The notes under the pieces are model-generated. The model was not told the DNA's origin, did no database searches, and worked only from the letters and a program-made list of their open reading frames with translations. 64,000 nucleotides of DNA, taken from assembly GCA_028716385.1 (NCBI GenBank), contig JAQUPX010000004.1, forward strand, positions 130,234 to 194,233. Reading direction: 5' to 3'. The DNA comes from a bacterium (GTDB lineage: Bacteria > Hydrothermota > UBA3073 > JACQXS01 > JAQTXJ01). A program made the translations under genes and the position numbers. Shown here piece by piece: positions 18,990 to 27,332 of this stretch. Each line of letters begins with the position of its first letter. The first letter of the stretch is position 1.

Positions 18990-19387
18990 TCGGATACAAC
19001 CTCTTCATCTTTCTGTTTCCATGCAGGGTCAACTATGCATAAGAAAATCAAATTTTTTTTGCCGATGTTTTTTATTTTCTGGATTGAATTTGGAGGGATG
19101 TAGATTAGTTGTTCTTCCGAGACTCTCTTCTTTTCATTGTCTATATACATTTCGCCTGAGCCTTTTATAATATAATAGACTTCGGAGCTTTTTAACTTAT
19201 GCGGGCGGGTAATTTCACCCGGTTTAACTTTTGCATAAGCAAGGCTGTACCGGAGTTTCAGTGTTTCTTTAAGCGGGTTTAATAATTCTCTTAAAATGGC
19301 ATTATCACCGGAAATTATTTCTTTACATTTTTTCAGGTCTTTTATAAACATAAGGAGTATGCTATGTTTCAGAGAGGTTTTTGTCAA
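18986..19387 (-). CDS. cupin-domain protein
   Basis: The 133-aa ORF has a beta-barrel cupin-like core (…VYYIIKGSGEMYIDNEKKRV…). Confidence 0.5.
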   Translation of the reverse strand: MTKTSLKHSILLMFIKDLKKCKEIISGDNAILRELLNPLKETLKLRYSLAYAKVKPGEITRPHKLKSSEVYYIIKGSGEMYIDNEKKRVSEEQLIYIPPNSIQKIKNIGKKNLIFLCIVDPAWKQKDEEVVSE

Positions 19388-19687
19388 CTTTAAACATAGT
19401 TAATTCCGCCGGAGGCCACTCAACGATAATTGCAATTATTAGTTAATAGGAGTAGAAAAACATTTAAAATATTGGGGCAGTTGCCCAGCCCTGCGAAGCT
19501 GGATAAGTTAGACTAAGTTCCTTGTGGAACAAAGTCTAACTAACAGAGCTGGATTAAAACCCCGATCTACCCAACTTTAAACATAGTTATTTGGAATTCG
19601 TATATTAGTTAAATGGGGAAAACATTAAAAGACTTAATAGATTAAAGCCTAATATTAGAATTGTATGAAATTTCTTTAACTTTCTTA

Positions 19688-19715
19688 TTGACAATTTGCA
19701 ATAAAAAATTATTAT
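19688..19715 (+). promoter_or_regulatory. putative sigma70-like promoter for secDF (TTGACA-N16-TATTAT)
   Basis: TTGACA lies at 19688-19693 and TATTAT at 19710-19715, about 13 bp upstream of the secD ATG. Whether this lineage uses sigma70-type -35/-10 elements is unknown. Confidence 0.3.
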
Positions 19716-19727
19716 AACCAAATTATT

Positions 19728-21338
19728 ATGAAAGCGCAAATTCAAGCGAAAACGATTTTCATTTTACTTGCCACGATACTTGCGGCATGGCAACTTTCTT
19801 ATACAGTAAGGTTTTTCAAACTTACTCCCGGGCAGGAAGAGAATATGACGGAGAAGCAGCTTAAAACTCTTCACACTAAGGCGATAAAGCTTGGATTGGA
19901 TTTGCAGGGTGGAGTTCATTTGGTTTTAAAGGGAAAAGATAAAGAATTATCTAATGATGAAACTCAGGGGGCACTTGGGGTTCTCAGGAACAGAATCGAC
20001 CAGTTTGGCGTATCCGAGCCGCAGATTGCAAAGCAGGGATCAAATCGTATAAGCGTTGATTTGCCGGGTGTTGTAGACGTTCAAAGGGCAAAAGAGATTA
20101 TAGGAAAGACTGCCCAGTTAGAATTCAGGCTTGTAGAGAAGCCGGAATTCACTATGGAAATCCTGAAAAAAATAGATGAGTACGTATATAAATATTATAA
20201 TAAAGGTGGAATAAAAGATACTTCAAGGTTAGCTTTAAATTTAAAAGATACTTCAGGTATTAACGGTATATTCAAAGATAGTGCAAACGACAGTTTTGAA
20301 GTGCTTGAGAATCCAGTTCTTTCTTTAATGGGGAGTGGTTACGTAACGGATACGGATATTCCGGAACTTAAAAAATATCTCAGCACGCCCGGGGTATCTG
20401 AACTTATACCTTCGGACGACGAATTTTTATGGAGCAAGATAGATGAAGTTGAATATGAAAAACGTGCAGAACTTTTACTTGTGAAGAAAGAAGCCTGTCT
20501 CAAGGGAGATGCGATTGTTGATGCGCAACCCGGGATAGGGACTAACAAGAATTCTGCAGGAGCAAGAACGGATTTAACGATGACCGGTAAAGCAAGAAAG
20601 GAATGGGCGCGAATAACGGGCGCAAACGTAAATCGTCGTATTGCGATTGTTATGGATAATATTGTCCAGTCCGCTCCGGTAGTAATAGAGAGAATTGGAG
20701 GGGGAAAGTCCCTGATAGATATGGGAACGTCTCCGTTCAAAGAAGCACAAGACCTTGCACTTATAATCCGTGCAGGAAAATTACCGGCTCCTCTTGAAAT
20801 TGTAGAAGAGAGAACGGTAGGTCCGGCGCTTGGAAAAGACTCCATAAGAGCAGGAATGAAATCTATGCTTATCAGTTCTCTCGTAGTAGTGTTATTTATG
20901 ATTTTCTATTATAAAGGTTGTGGTTTATTGGCTGATTTTGCATTATTCTTTAACATATTCTATTTGCTTGCGATATTATCCGCGTTCAAGGCAACACTTA
21001 CTATGCCGGGTCTTGCGGGTATTGCATTAACGATAGGAATGGGTGTGGACGCCAACATCCTAATATACGAACGTATAAAAGAAGAAATGAGAGCGGGTAA
21101 AACGGTAAGAGCTGCGATTGATGCCGGATATGCAAGGGCTTTTAGCGCAATATTTGACTCTAACGTTACTACCTTAATTGCAGCAATTGTACTTTATTAC
21201 TTTGGTATAGGTCCGGTAAAAGGATTTGGTATTACTCTTGCAATAGGAGTTATTGCCAACTTGTTTACTGCAATCGTAATAACAAAAGTAGTGCTTGATG
21301 TCATAACATTAAGAGGAGCAAAAAGGCTTTCAATATGA
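19728..21338 (+). CDS. secD: protein translocase subunit SecD
   Basis: It has the SecD periplasmic domain and a C-terminal 6-TM segment (…GLAGIALTIGMGVDANILIYERIKEE…). Confidence 0.9.
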   Translation: MKAQIQAKTIFILLATILAAWQLSYTVRFFKLTPGQEENMTEKQLKTLHTKAIKLGLDLQGGVHLVLKGKDKELSNDETQGALGVLRNRIDQFGVSEPQIAKQGSNRISVDLPGVVDVQRAKEIIGKTAQLEFRLVEKPEFTMEILKKIDEYVYKYYNKGGIKDTSRLALNLKDTSGINGIFKDSANDSFEVLENPVLSLMGSGYVTDTDIPELKKYLSTPGVSELIPSDDEFLWSKIDEVEYEKRAELLLVKKEACLKGDAIVDAQPGIGTNKNSAGARTDLTMTGKARKEWARITGANVNRRIAIVMDNIVQSAPVVIERIGGGKSLIDMGTSPFKEAQDLALIIRAGKLPAPLEIVEERTVGPALGKDSIRAGMKSMLISSLVVVLFMIFYYKGCGLLADFALFFNIFYLLAILSAFKATLTMPGLAGIALTIGMGVDANILIYERIKEEMRAGKTVRAAIDAGYARAFSAIFDSNVTTLIAAIVLYYFGIGPVKGFGITLAIGVIANLFTAIVITKVVLDVITLRGAKRLSI

Positions 21339-22234
21339 TAAATATATTTAAGAATTCAAAATATGATTTTATAGGGAAAAGAAAGTACGCTTATATTCTT
21401 TCATTGGCAATAATTATCCCGGGTATAGTATCTTTTATAGTAAAGGGCGGGCCAAAATACGGTATAGATTTTACGGGTGGTTCGCTTGTGAGATTGCATT
21501 TTGAACAACCTATCCCAATAAGTGATTTAAGAGCGAAATTGTCCCAGATGGGATTTAAGGAAGCTGTTATACAGGAAGAAAAGGGAACAAAATATGATTA
21601 TTTAATTAAAACTTATCCAAAAGAAGGCATAGGTAATCAAATAGCAAAGCTCTTTACTCCGTCGCCAACCGTGGTTCAGGAAGACCTTGTTGGTCCGGCA
21701 ATTTCAGAAAATTTCAGGCAAAAGGCTATTTGGGTTGTTTTATTATGCTGGGCGTGTATGCTTGTATATATATGGATAAGGTTCCAGTTCAGATGGGGAG
21801 TATGTGCAGTTATATCCATTGTTCATGACTTAATTCTTACTGCAGGTCTATTATCTATTTTGAATAAAGAATTTACCGCAAGCATATTAGCGGCATTACT
21901 CACGATAATAGGTTATTCCATAAACGACTCTATAGTAATATCCGATAGAATAAGGGAGAATAAGAGATTACTCAGAAAAGTTTCTCTTGCGGACCTTGTA
22001 AATACTTCAATAAATGAAACATTGTCGAGAACGATAATTACAGGGTTATCCACAATGTTTGTATTGGTCATTCTTTTCTTCTTCGGCGGTCCTGTAATTC
22101 ATGATTTTGCATTTACAATGCTTATCGGTATTGTTGTCGGAACATATTCTTCCGTTTATGTAGTTGCTGCTCTTGTTGTTGATTGGGACTTATGGTCTTC
22201 TAAAAAGAAAATTGATGCCAGAAGCTCTAAGTAA
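21335..22234 (+). CDS. secF: protein translocase subunit SecF
   Basis: Its start overlaps the secD stop (ATGA), and it has the SecF TM topology (…GIDFTGGSLV…). Confidence 0.9.
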   Translation: MINIFKNSKYDFIGKRKYAYILSLAIIIPGIVSFIVKGGPKYGIDFTGGSLVRLHFEQPIPISDLRAKLSQMGFKEAVIQEEKGTKYDYLIKTYPKEGIGNQIAKLFTPSPTVVQEDLVGPAISENFRQKAIWVVLLCWACMLVYIWIRFQFRWGVCAVISIVHDLILTAGLLSILNKEFTASILAALLTIIGYSINDSIVISDRIRENKRLLRKVSLADLVNTSINETLSRTIITGLSTMFVLVILFFFGGPVIHDFAFTMLIGIVVGTYSSVYVVAALVVDWDLWSSKKKIDARSSK

Positions 22235-22467
22235 GGTTTTCCCGCAAATAGTAATTAAAAATCCATAGTAACTAATTTGTAATATATTGTAGAATATATT
22301 ATAAAACAAATATTTTTATATCTTACGTAAAGAACAGAAAGTTTAAAGATGTAAAACGGTTTGAACCCGTTCTCTACTAATAAAATTTTGAAAAAGACAG
22401 ACAAGAATGTCTGTCCCACCATGAAAAGAAAAGCCCATATCTTTGGTAGACAGGGGAAAGGGCATAG

Positions 22468-24138
22468 TTATTTAAGGAGAAGAAGCAGTATGGAACTTAC
22501 TACAAGAGTTGCGATGGTAATTGGTGCGCAGACTTTTAAGTAATTAAAAAATGTAATTTTATATCCTCGTTTTTCCGCTAATCCTGCGGTTACGATATTT
22601 GCGGAAGCTCCGACTAATGTTCCATTTCCGCCCAAACAAGCGCCAAGCGCAAGCGCCCACCATAAAGTATTTCCTGCGCCGGGAATTGTGTGTGTCAGAT
22701 ATCCAACTACCGGTAGCATTGTTGCGGTAAATGGGATATTATCCACGATACTTGAAGCAATTGCGGACACCCAGATAATCAATAAGATAGCAGTAGTTAT
22801 ATTTCCACCGGACATCTTGCTTACCGAATTTGCAATCATTTGTATTAGACCTGTGCTTTCTGCGGCTCCGACCACAATAAACAACATCATAAAGAAGACA
22901 AGTGTAGGCCATTCGACTTCTTTCTCAAGGATATCGACGATATTTACCTTGCTTATCAAAAGCAAAAGGGAAGCTCCGACTAAAGCCGCAATGCTAACTT
23001 CCATATGTAAAAATCCGTGAGTTATAAACATAAGAATCACAATTCCTAAGACGATTAAGCTTTTCTTGAGTAGCTGACTATCCGTTATCTTGTATTCTTC
23101 TTTTAGTTTTTTCAAAAGTTCGTCAACGTTATCTATTTTTGCTTTTGCGTATTCTTTACCAAAATAAAACTTCATCATAAATATTAATACAAACATACAG
23201 ACTATTACTATTGGAGCAAGGTGGACTACAAACTGATTAAATGTAAGTCCCGCATAAGAGCCTATCATAATGTTTGGCGGGTCGCCGATTATTGTTGCTG
23301 TCCCACCGATGTTTGAAGCAAGAATCTCAGGGAGGAGGAAGCTAAAAGGATTAATACCAAGAACCACTGCAATTTCAATGGTAACCGGGGCGATAAGAAG
23401 CATAGTAGTTACATTGTCTAAAAAAGCGGATGCGATTGCCGTTATGACAGTAAGAAGAACTACTAAAATCCAGATATTTCCTTTTGCAAGCCGGTAAGAT
23501 TTATAGGCAAGCCACTGGAAGACACCCGTGATTTTCATTATGCCGACAATAATCATCATCCCGAAGAGGAGAAAGACGACATTAAGGTCAATAAATTTCA
23601 TCGCATCTTCAAAGGAAATTATGAAGTATCCCTTATTGAATGAGCCAAAAGTGTATGTGATTAAAAGTATAAGAGCTGCTCCGAGAGAGGCAGCAAGGGT
23701 TCTGTGGCATAAATCAAACCCGATAAGTATGTAAACGAGTAGTAATATAATAACGGATATATAGAAAGCAGGTCCTAAAATATGGTCAATTGTAATATTG
23801 GAGAATAAAGAATAAGTTCCTTCTTTATAGGCTAGTTGAGACTTTTCTATTTCTAATTTATTATTACGATAAGTAGGTTTAGAAGTTTTAATTTCAATAT
23901 TATTAAGGGATTGTAAACTATCAATTTGAATAATAAAACTCCCATCAGAAGAGGTTTTTTCGGTTTTATAATATTTGCCGTCAATTGAAACATCCAATTC
24001 TGCATCGGAAATGAGTTTATTGTAGGAGTCAATTACTTTGCCTGAGATGTTTAGTTTGTTTAAGCTGTCTTGTCCCGTTACTGCAAAGGAATTGTAAGCA
24101 AATAAGAAGAGGCTAAGGAATAATATCTTTTTCAGCAT
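22468..24138 (-). CDS. fusion protein: signal peptide + carboxypeptidase-regulatory-like beta-sandwich domain + ArsB/NhaD (ion transporter superfamily) permease, copy 1
   Basis: The N-terminus (ISGKVIDSYNKLISDAELDVSIDGKYYKTEKTSSDGSF) is CarboxypepD_reg-like. The remainder is a 10-12-TM ArsB/NhaD-type permease (…GNTLWWALALGACLGGNGTLVGASANIV…). Confidence 0.7.
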   Translation of the reverse strand: MLKKILFLSLFLFAYNSFAVTGQDSLNKLNISGKVIDSYNKLISDAELDVSIDGKYYKTEKTSSDGSFIIQIDSLQSLNNIEIKTSKPTYRNNKLEIEKSQLAYKEGTYSLFSNITIDHILGPAFYISVIILLLVYILIGFDLCHRTLAASLGAALILLITYTFGSFNKGYFIISFEDAMKFIDLNVVFLLFGMMIIVGIMKITGVFQWLAYKSYRLAKGNIWILVVLLTVITAIASAFLDNVTTMLLIAPVTIEIAVVLGINPFSFLLPEILASNIGGTATIIGDPPNIMIGSYAGLTFNQFVVHLAPIVIVCMFVLIFMMKFYFGKEYAKAKIDNVDELLKKLKEEYKITDSQLLKKSLIVLGIVILMFITHGFLHMEVSIAALVGASLLLLISKVNIVDILEKEVEWPTLVFFMMLFIVVGAAESTGLIQMIANSVSKMSGGNITTAILLIIWVSAIASSIVDNIPFTATMLPVVGYLTHTIPGAGNTLWWALALGACLGGNGTLVGASANIVTAGLAEKRGYKITFFNYLKVCAPITIATLVVSSILLLLLK

Positions 24139-24554
24139 AATTTTTTATTTGTTTGGACGTATATAGAGAAGTTAATTTATAATACGAAAAAGTCAAGCGC
24201 TTATTGAAAAGCGGGGGATTTTAATATTGTAAGGAGATAATTTTTGGACGCACCCTCCAAACAGATCGGCGGGCAGGGATAAACGCAGATTAACAGGATA
24301 AAACAAAATAGAAGATTATAGATAAAAAAAATACCAAATAAAAAGGTAAGTGAAGAACCCTATCTAAAGACGGGGCTTCCAAAAATAACAAAAACAGTGG
24401 ATTCCCGCTTTCGCGGGAATGACAAATGGGAGACGGATAGGCAAAAAAGCTTTCACCCCTATCTAAAGGCGGGGTATTCAGCCAAAAGACACTTAATAAG
24501 TATGGATTTTCGCAGAAAAAGAGAAACAGAAAATTGCCAGGGTAAAGAGAATGT

Positions 24555-26225
24555 TTATTTAAGGAGGAGCAGTAATATGGAGCTTACTACAAGAGTAGCG
24601 AGGGTAATCGGGGCACAAACTTTCAAGTAATTAAAGAATGTAATTTTGTAACCTCGTTTTTCTGCTAATCCGGCGGTTACGATATTTGCCGAAGCACCGA
24701 CTAATGTTCCATTCCCGCCCAAACAAGCGCCAAGTGAAAGCGCCCACCATAAAGTGTTTCCTGCACCGGGAATGGTATGTGTGAGATATGCCACTATTGG
24801 CAGCATTGTTGCGGTAAATGGAATATTATCTATTATACTTGAAGCAATACCTGAGACCCATATAATTAGCAAGATAGCGATAGTCAGGTTTCCACCCGAT
24901 AATTTGCTTACGGAATTGGCAATCATTTGTATTAGTCCTGTGCTTTCTGCGGCTCCGACCACAATAAACAACATCATAAAGAATATAAGCGTAGGCCATT
25001 CGACTTCTTTTTCCAGCACTTCAACAATATTTACTTTGCTTATCATAAGAAGTAGTGATGCTCCGACTAAAGCCGCAATGCTCACTTCCATATGCAAGAA
25101 CCCGTGAGTTATAAACATAAGGATCACAATTCCTAAAACGATTAAACTTTTCTTGAGTAACTGACTATCGGTTATTTTGTATTCTTCTTTTAGCTTTTTC
25201 AGAAGCGCATCAACGTTTTCTATTTTTGCTTTTGCATACTCTTTGCCAAAATAAAACTTTATCAGAACCAACAATACGACCATACAAACTATTATTATTG
25301 GTGTAAGGTGTACGACAAACTGGTTAAAAGTAAGTCCCGCATAAGAGCCTATCATAATGTTTGGTGGGTCGCCGATGAGAGTTGCAGTCCCGCCCATATT
25401 GGAAGCCATAATCTCGGGAAGAAGGAAACTGAAGGGATTGATTCCAAGTATCATTGTAATTTCAAGAGTAACCGGGGCAATGAGAAGCATAGTCGTTACA
25501 TTATCCAAAAAAGCCGATACTATTGCCGTAATAACGCTAAGAAGAATTACCAAAGTTAGGATGTTCCCTTTTGCAAGCTGGTAAGACTTGTAGGCAAGCC
25601 ACTGGAATACACCCGTGATTTTCATTATGCCGACAATAATCATCATCCCGAAAAGAAGGAAAATGACGTTAAGGTCAATAGCTTTCATAGCATCTTCAAA
25701 GGAAATAACGAAGTATCCTTGATTGAATGAGCCAAAAGTGTATGTTACGAGAAGTACAAGAGCTGCTCCAAGAGAGGCAGCAAGCGTTCTGTGACATAAA
25801 TCAAACCCGATGAGTATATAAACGAGTAGTAATATAATAACGGATATATAGAAAGCAGGTCCTAAAATATGGTCAATTGTGATATCTGAGAAAAAAGAAT
25901 AAGTTCCTTCTTTATAAGCTAGTTGAGACTTTTCTATTTCTAATTTATTATTACGATAAGTAGGTTTAGAAGTTTTAATTTCAATATTATTAAGGGATTG
26001 TAAACTATCAATTTGAATAATAAAACTCCCATCAGAAGAGGTTTTTTCGGTTTTATAATATTTGCCGTCAATTGAAACATCCAATTCTGCATCGGAGATG
26101 AGTTTATTGTAGGAGTCAATTACTTTGCCTGAAATGTTTAGTTTATTTAAGCTGTCTTGTCCCGTTACTGCAAAGGAATTGTAAGCAAATAAGAAGAGGC
26201 TAAGGAAAAATATCTTTTTTAACAT
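24555..26225 (-). CDS. fusion protein: carboxypeptidase-regulatory-like domain + ArsB/NhaD permease, copy 2 (tandem paralogue)
   Basis: It is 556 aa, the same length as copy 1, and collinear with it, with roughly 90% aa identity by eye. Confidence 0.7.
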   Translation of the reverse strand: MLKKIFFLSLFLFAYNSFAVTGQDSLNKLNISGKVIDSYNKLISDAELDVSIDGKYYKTEKTSSDGSFIIQIDSLQSLNNIEIKTSKPTYRNNKLEIEKSQLAYKEGTYSFFSDITIDHILGPAFYISVIILLLVYILIGFDLCHRTLAASLGAALVLLVTYTFGSFNQGYFVISFEDAMKAIDLNVIFLLFGMMIIVGIMKITGVFQWLAYKSYQLAKGNILTLVILLSVITAIVSAFLDNVTTMLLIAPVTLEITMILGINPFSFLLPEIMASNMGGTATLIGDPPNIMIGSYAGLTFNQFVVHLTPIIIVCMVVLLVLIKFYFGKEYAKAKIENVDALLKKLKEEYKITDSQLLKKSLIVLGIVILMFITHGFLHMEVSIAALVGASLLLMISKVNIVEVLEKEVEWPTLIFFMMLFIVVGAAESTGLIQMIANSVSKLSGGNLTIAILLIIWVSGIASSIIDNIPFTATMLPIVAYLTHTIPGAGNTLWWALSLGACLGGNGTLVGASANIVTAGLAEKRGYKITFFNYLKVCAPITLATLVVSSILLLLLK

Positions 26226-26352
26226 AATTTATTAATACGGAGAATTTAATTTATAATATAAAAAAGTCAACTATAAGTTATAAGTTAGTAAGTTTTGATA
26301 ACTTTTCATTTTAACTTGACTTATACAAATATTTGGTGTTAAGTATCCTAAA

Positions 26353-27309
26353 ATGCTTATAAATTTCTTTAGTATATTTTTAAAATACTTTATTGATATT
26401 TTGCCTTCGTTGATACTCGGGTTCACCTTAAGCGGGATAATTCATGAATTTGTTCCCCAGAATTTAATCAACAAGCATCTTACCGGAAAGGGAATTAAGC
26501 CGATTTTACTTACTACTCTTATAGGTATGATATTACCGTTATGTTGTTTTGGTGCTTTGCCCGTGGCATTAAGTTTTAGAAAAAAGGGAGTTCCTTTAGG
26601 CCCGATACTTGCGTTTATTGTCGCTACCCCGGCAACCTCATTGACGGCTATTCTTGTTACGTGGAGACTGCTTGGCCCGTTAGTTACTTTGTATCTTTGT
26701 CTGGCGGTTATATTAATGGGGTTAGTAATTGGTATAATAGGGAACAGCCTGCCATTTAAGCCGGTGGAAGCAGTAACGGAAGGTTGTCCTATGTGTAATG
26801 AATGTTCGGACGTGGAAAAACATCAACATCATAAAAAAGGGATAAAAAGTCGTATTATTTCTATAATTACTTTTGGGTTTGTAGACGTTCTGAAAGATTT
26901 ATGGCGTGAGTTACTACTAGGTATAATTTTAGCTGCAGCCGTTGCATCCATAACGCCATTAGGGGACATCGTAAAACAGTATCTTACGGGGTGGCAGGCT
27001 TATGTGTATGCTTTAATTTTTGGATTACTTATTTATGTTTGTTCTACGGCGAGTGTTCCTCTAGTTCATGCATTAATTTCCAAAGGGTTAAGCGTTGGCG
27101 CAGGGTTGGTAATTCTTTTAGCGGGTCCCGTTACTTCTTACGGAACGATATTAGTTCTGAAAAAAGAATTCGGATGGAGAGTATTGATAATTTATTTGTT
27201 AGTTATTTCCGTATTTTCATTGCTGTTAGGATATGTATTTAGTTTGATTGCACCGCCTGACTTCTGCTCAAAACTGCCCGCTGTGTTTAATGGACAAGAA
27301 TGCCATTGA
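26353..27309 (+). CDS. DUF318/UPF0718-family permease with Cys/His-rich central loop
   Basis: Two 4-TM halves are separated by the loop EGCPMCNECSDVEKHQHHKKG. Confidence 0.55.
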   Translation: MLINFFSIFLKYFIDILPSLILGFTLSGIIHEFVPQNLINKHLTGKGIKPILLTTLIGMILPLCCFGALPVALSFRKKGVPLGPILAFIVATPATSLTAILVTWRLLGPLVTLYLCLAVILMGLVIGIIGNSLPFKPVEAVTEGCPMCNECSDVEKHQHHKKGIKSRIISIITFGFVDVLKDLWRELLLGIILAAAVASITPLGDIVKQYLTGWQAYVYALIFGLLIYVCSTASVPLVHALISKGLSVGAGLVILLAGPVTSYGTILVLKKEFGWRVLIIYLLVISVFSLLLGYVFSLIAPPDFCSKLPAVFNGQECH

Positions 27310-27332
27310 GGATACGGCAATAAAAATTTGGT

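Noticed and set aside
22490-22543. A 17-codon + strand ORF (MELTTRVAMVIGAQTFK) with a perfect AAGGAGA/AAGGAGG Shine-Dalgarno, present in both duplicated regions (also 24577-24630). It shows 7 synonymous versus 1 nonsynonymous differences, which at first looks like a selected micro-protein.
   Set aside because: It lies antisense to the last ~18 codons of the duplicated permease genes. The two frames share their third codon positions (+ codon 22490-22492 versus minus codon 22492-22494). Purifying selection on the permease C-terminus therefore automatically yields synonymous-only change in this frame. There is no independent evidence for the peptide.
22361-22543. 60-aa ORF upstream of the duplicated region.
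   Set aside because: It has no Shine-Dalgarno, a non-conserved sequence and a composition typical of intergenic DNA. It overlaps the permease 3' end in antisense.
24397-24630. 77-aa ORF 'MDSRFRGNDKWETDRQ…'.
   Set aside because: It starts inside the TTCCCGCTTTCGCGGGAA palindromic repeat and spans repeat-derived purine-rich spacer, overlapping the antisense of the permease 3' end. It is a classic repeat-generated spurious ORF.
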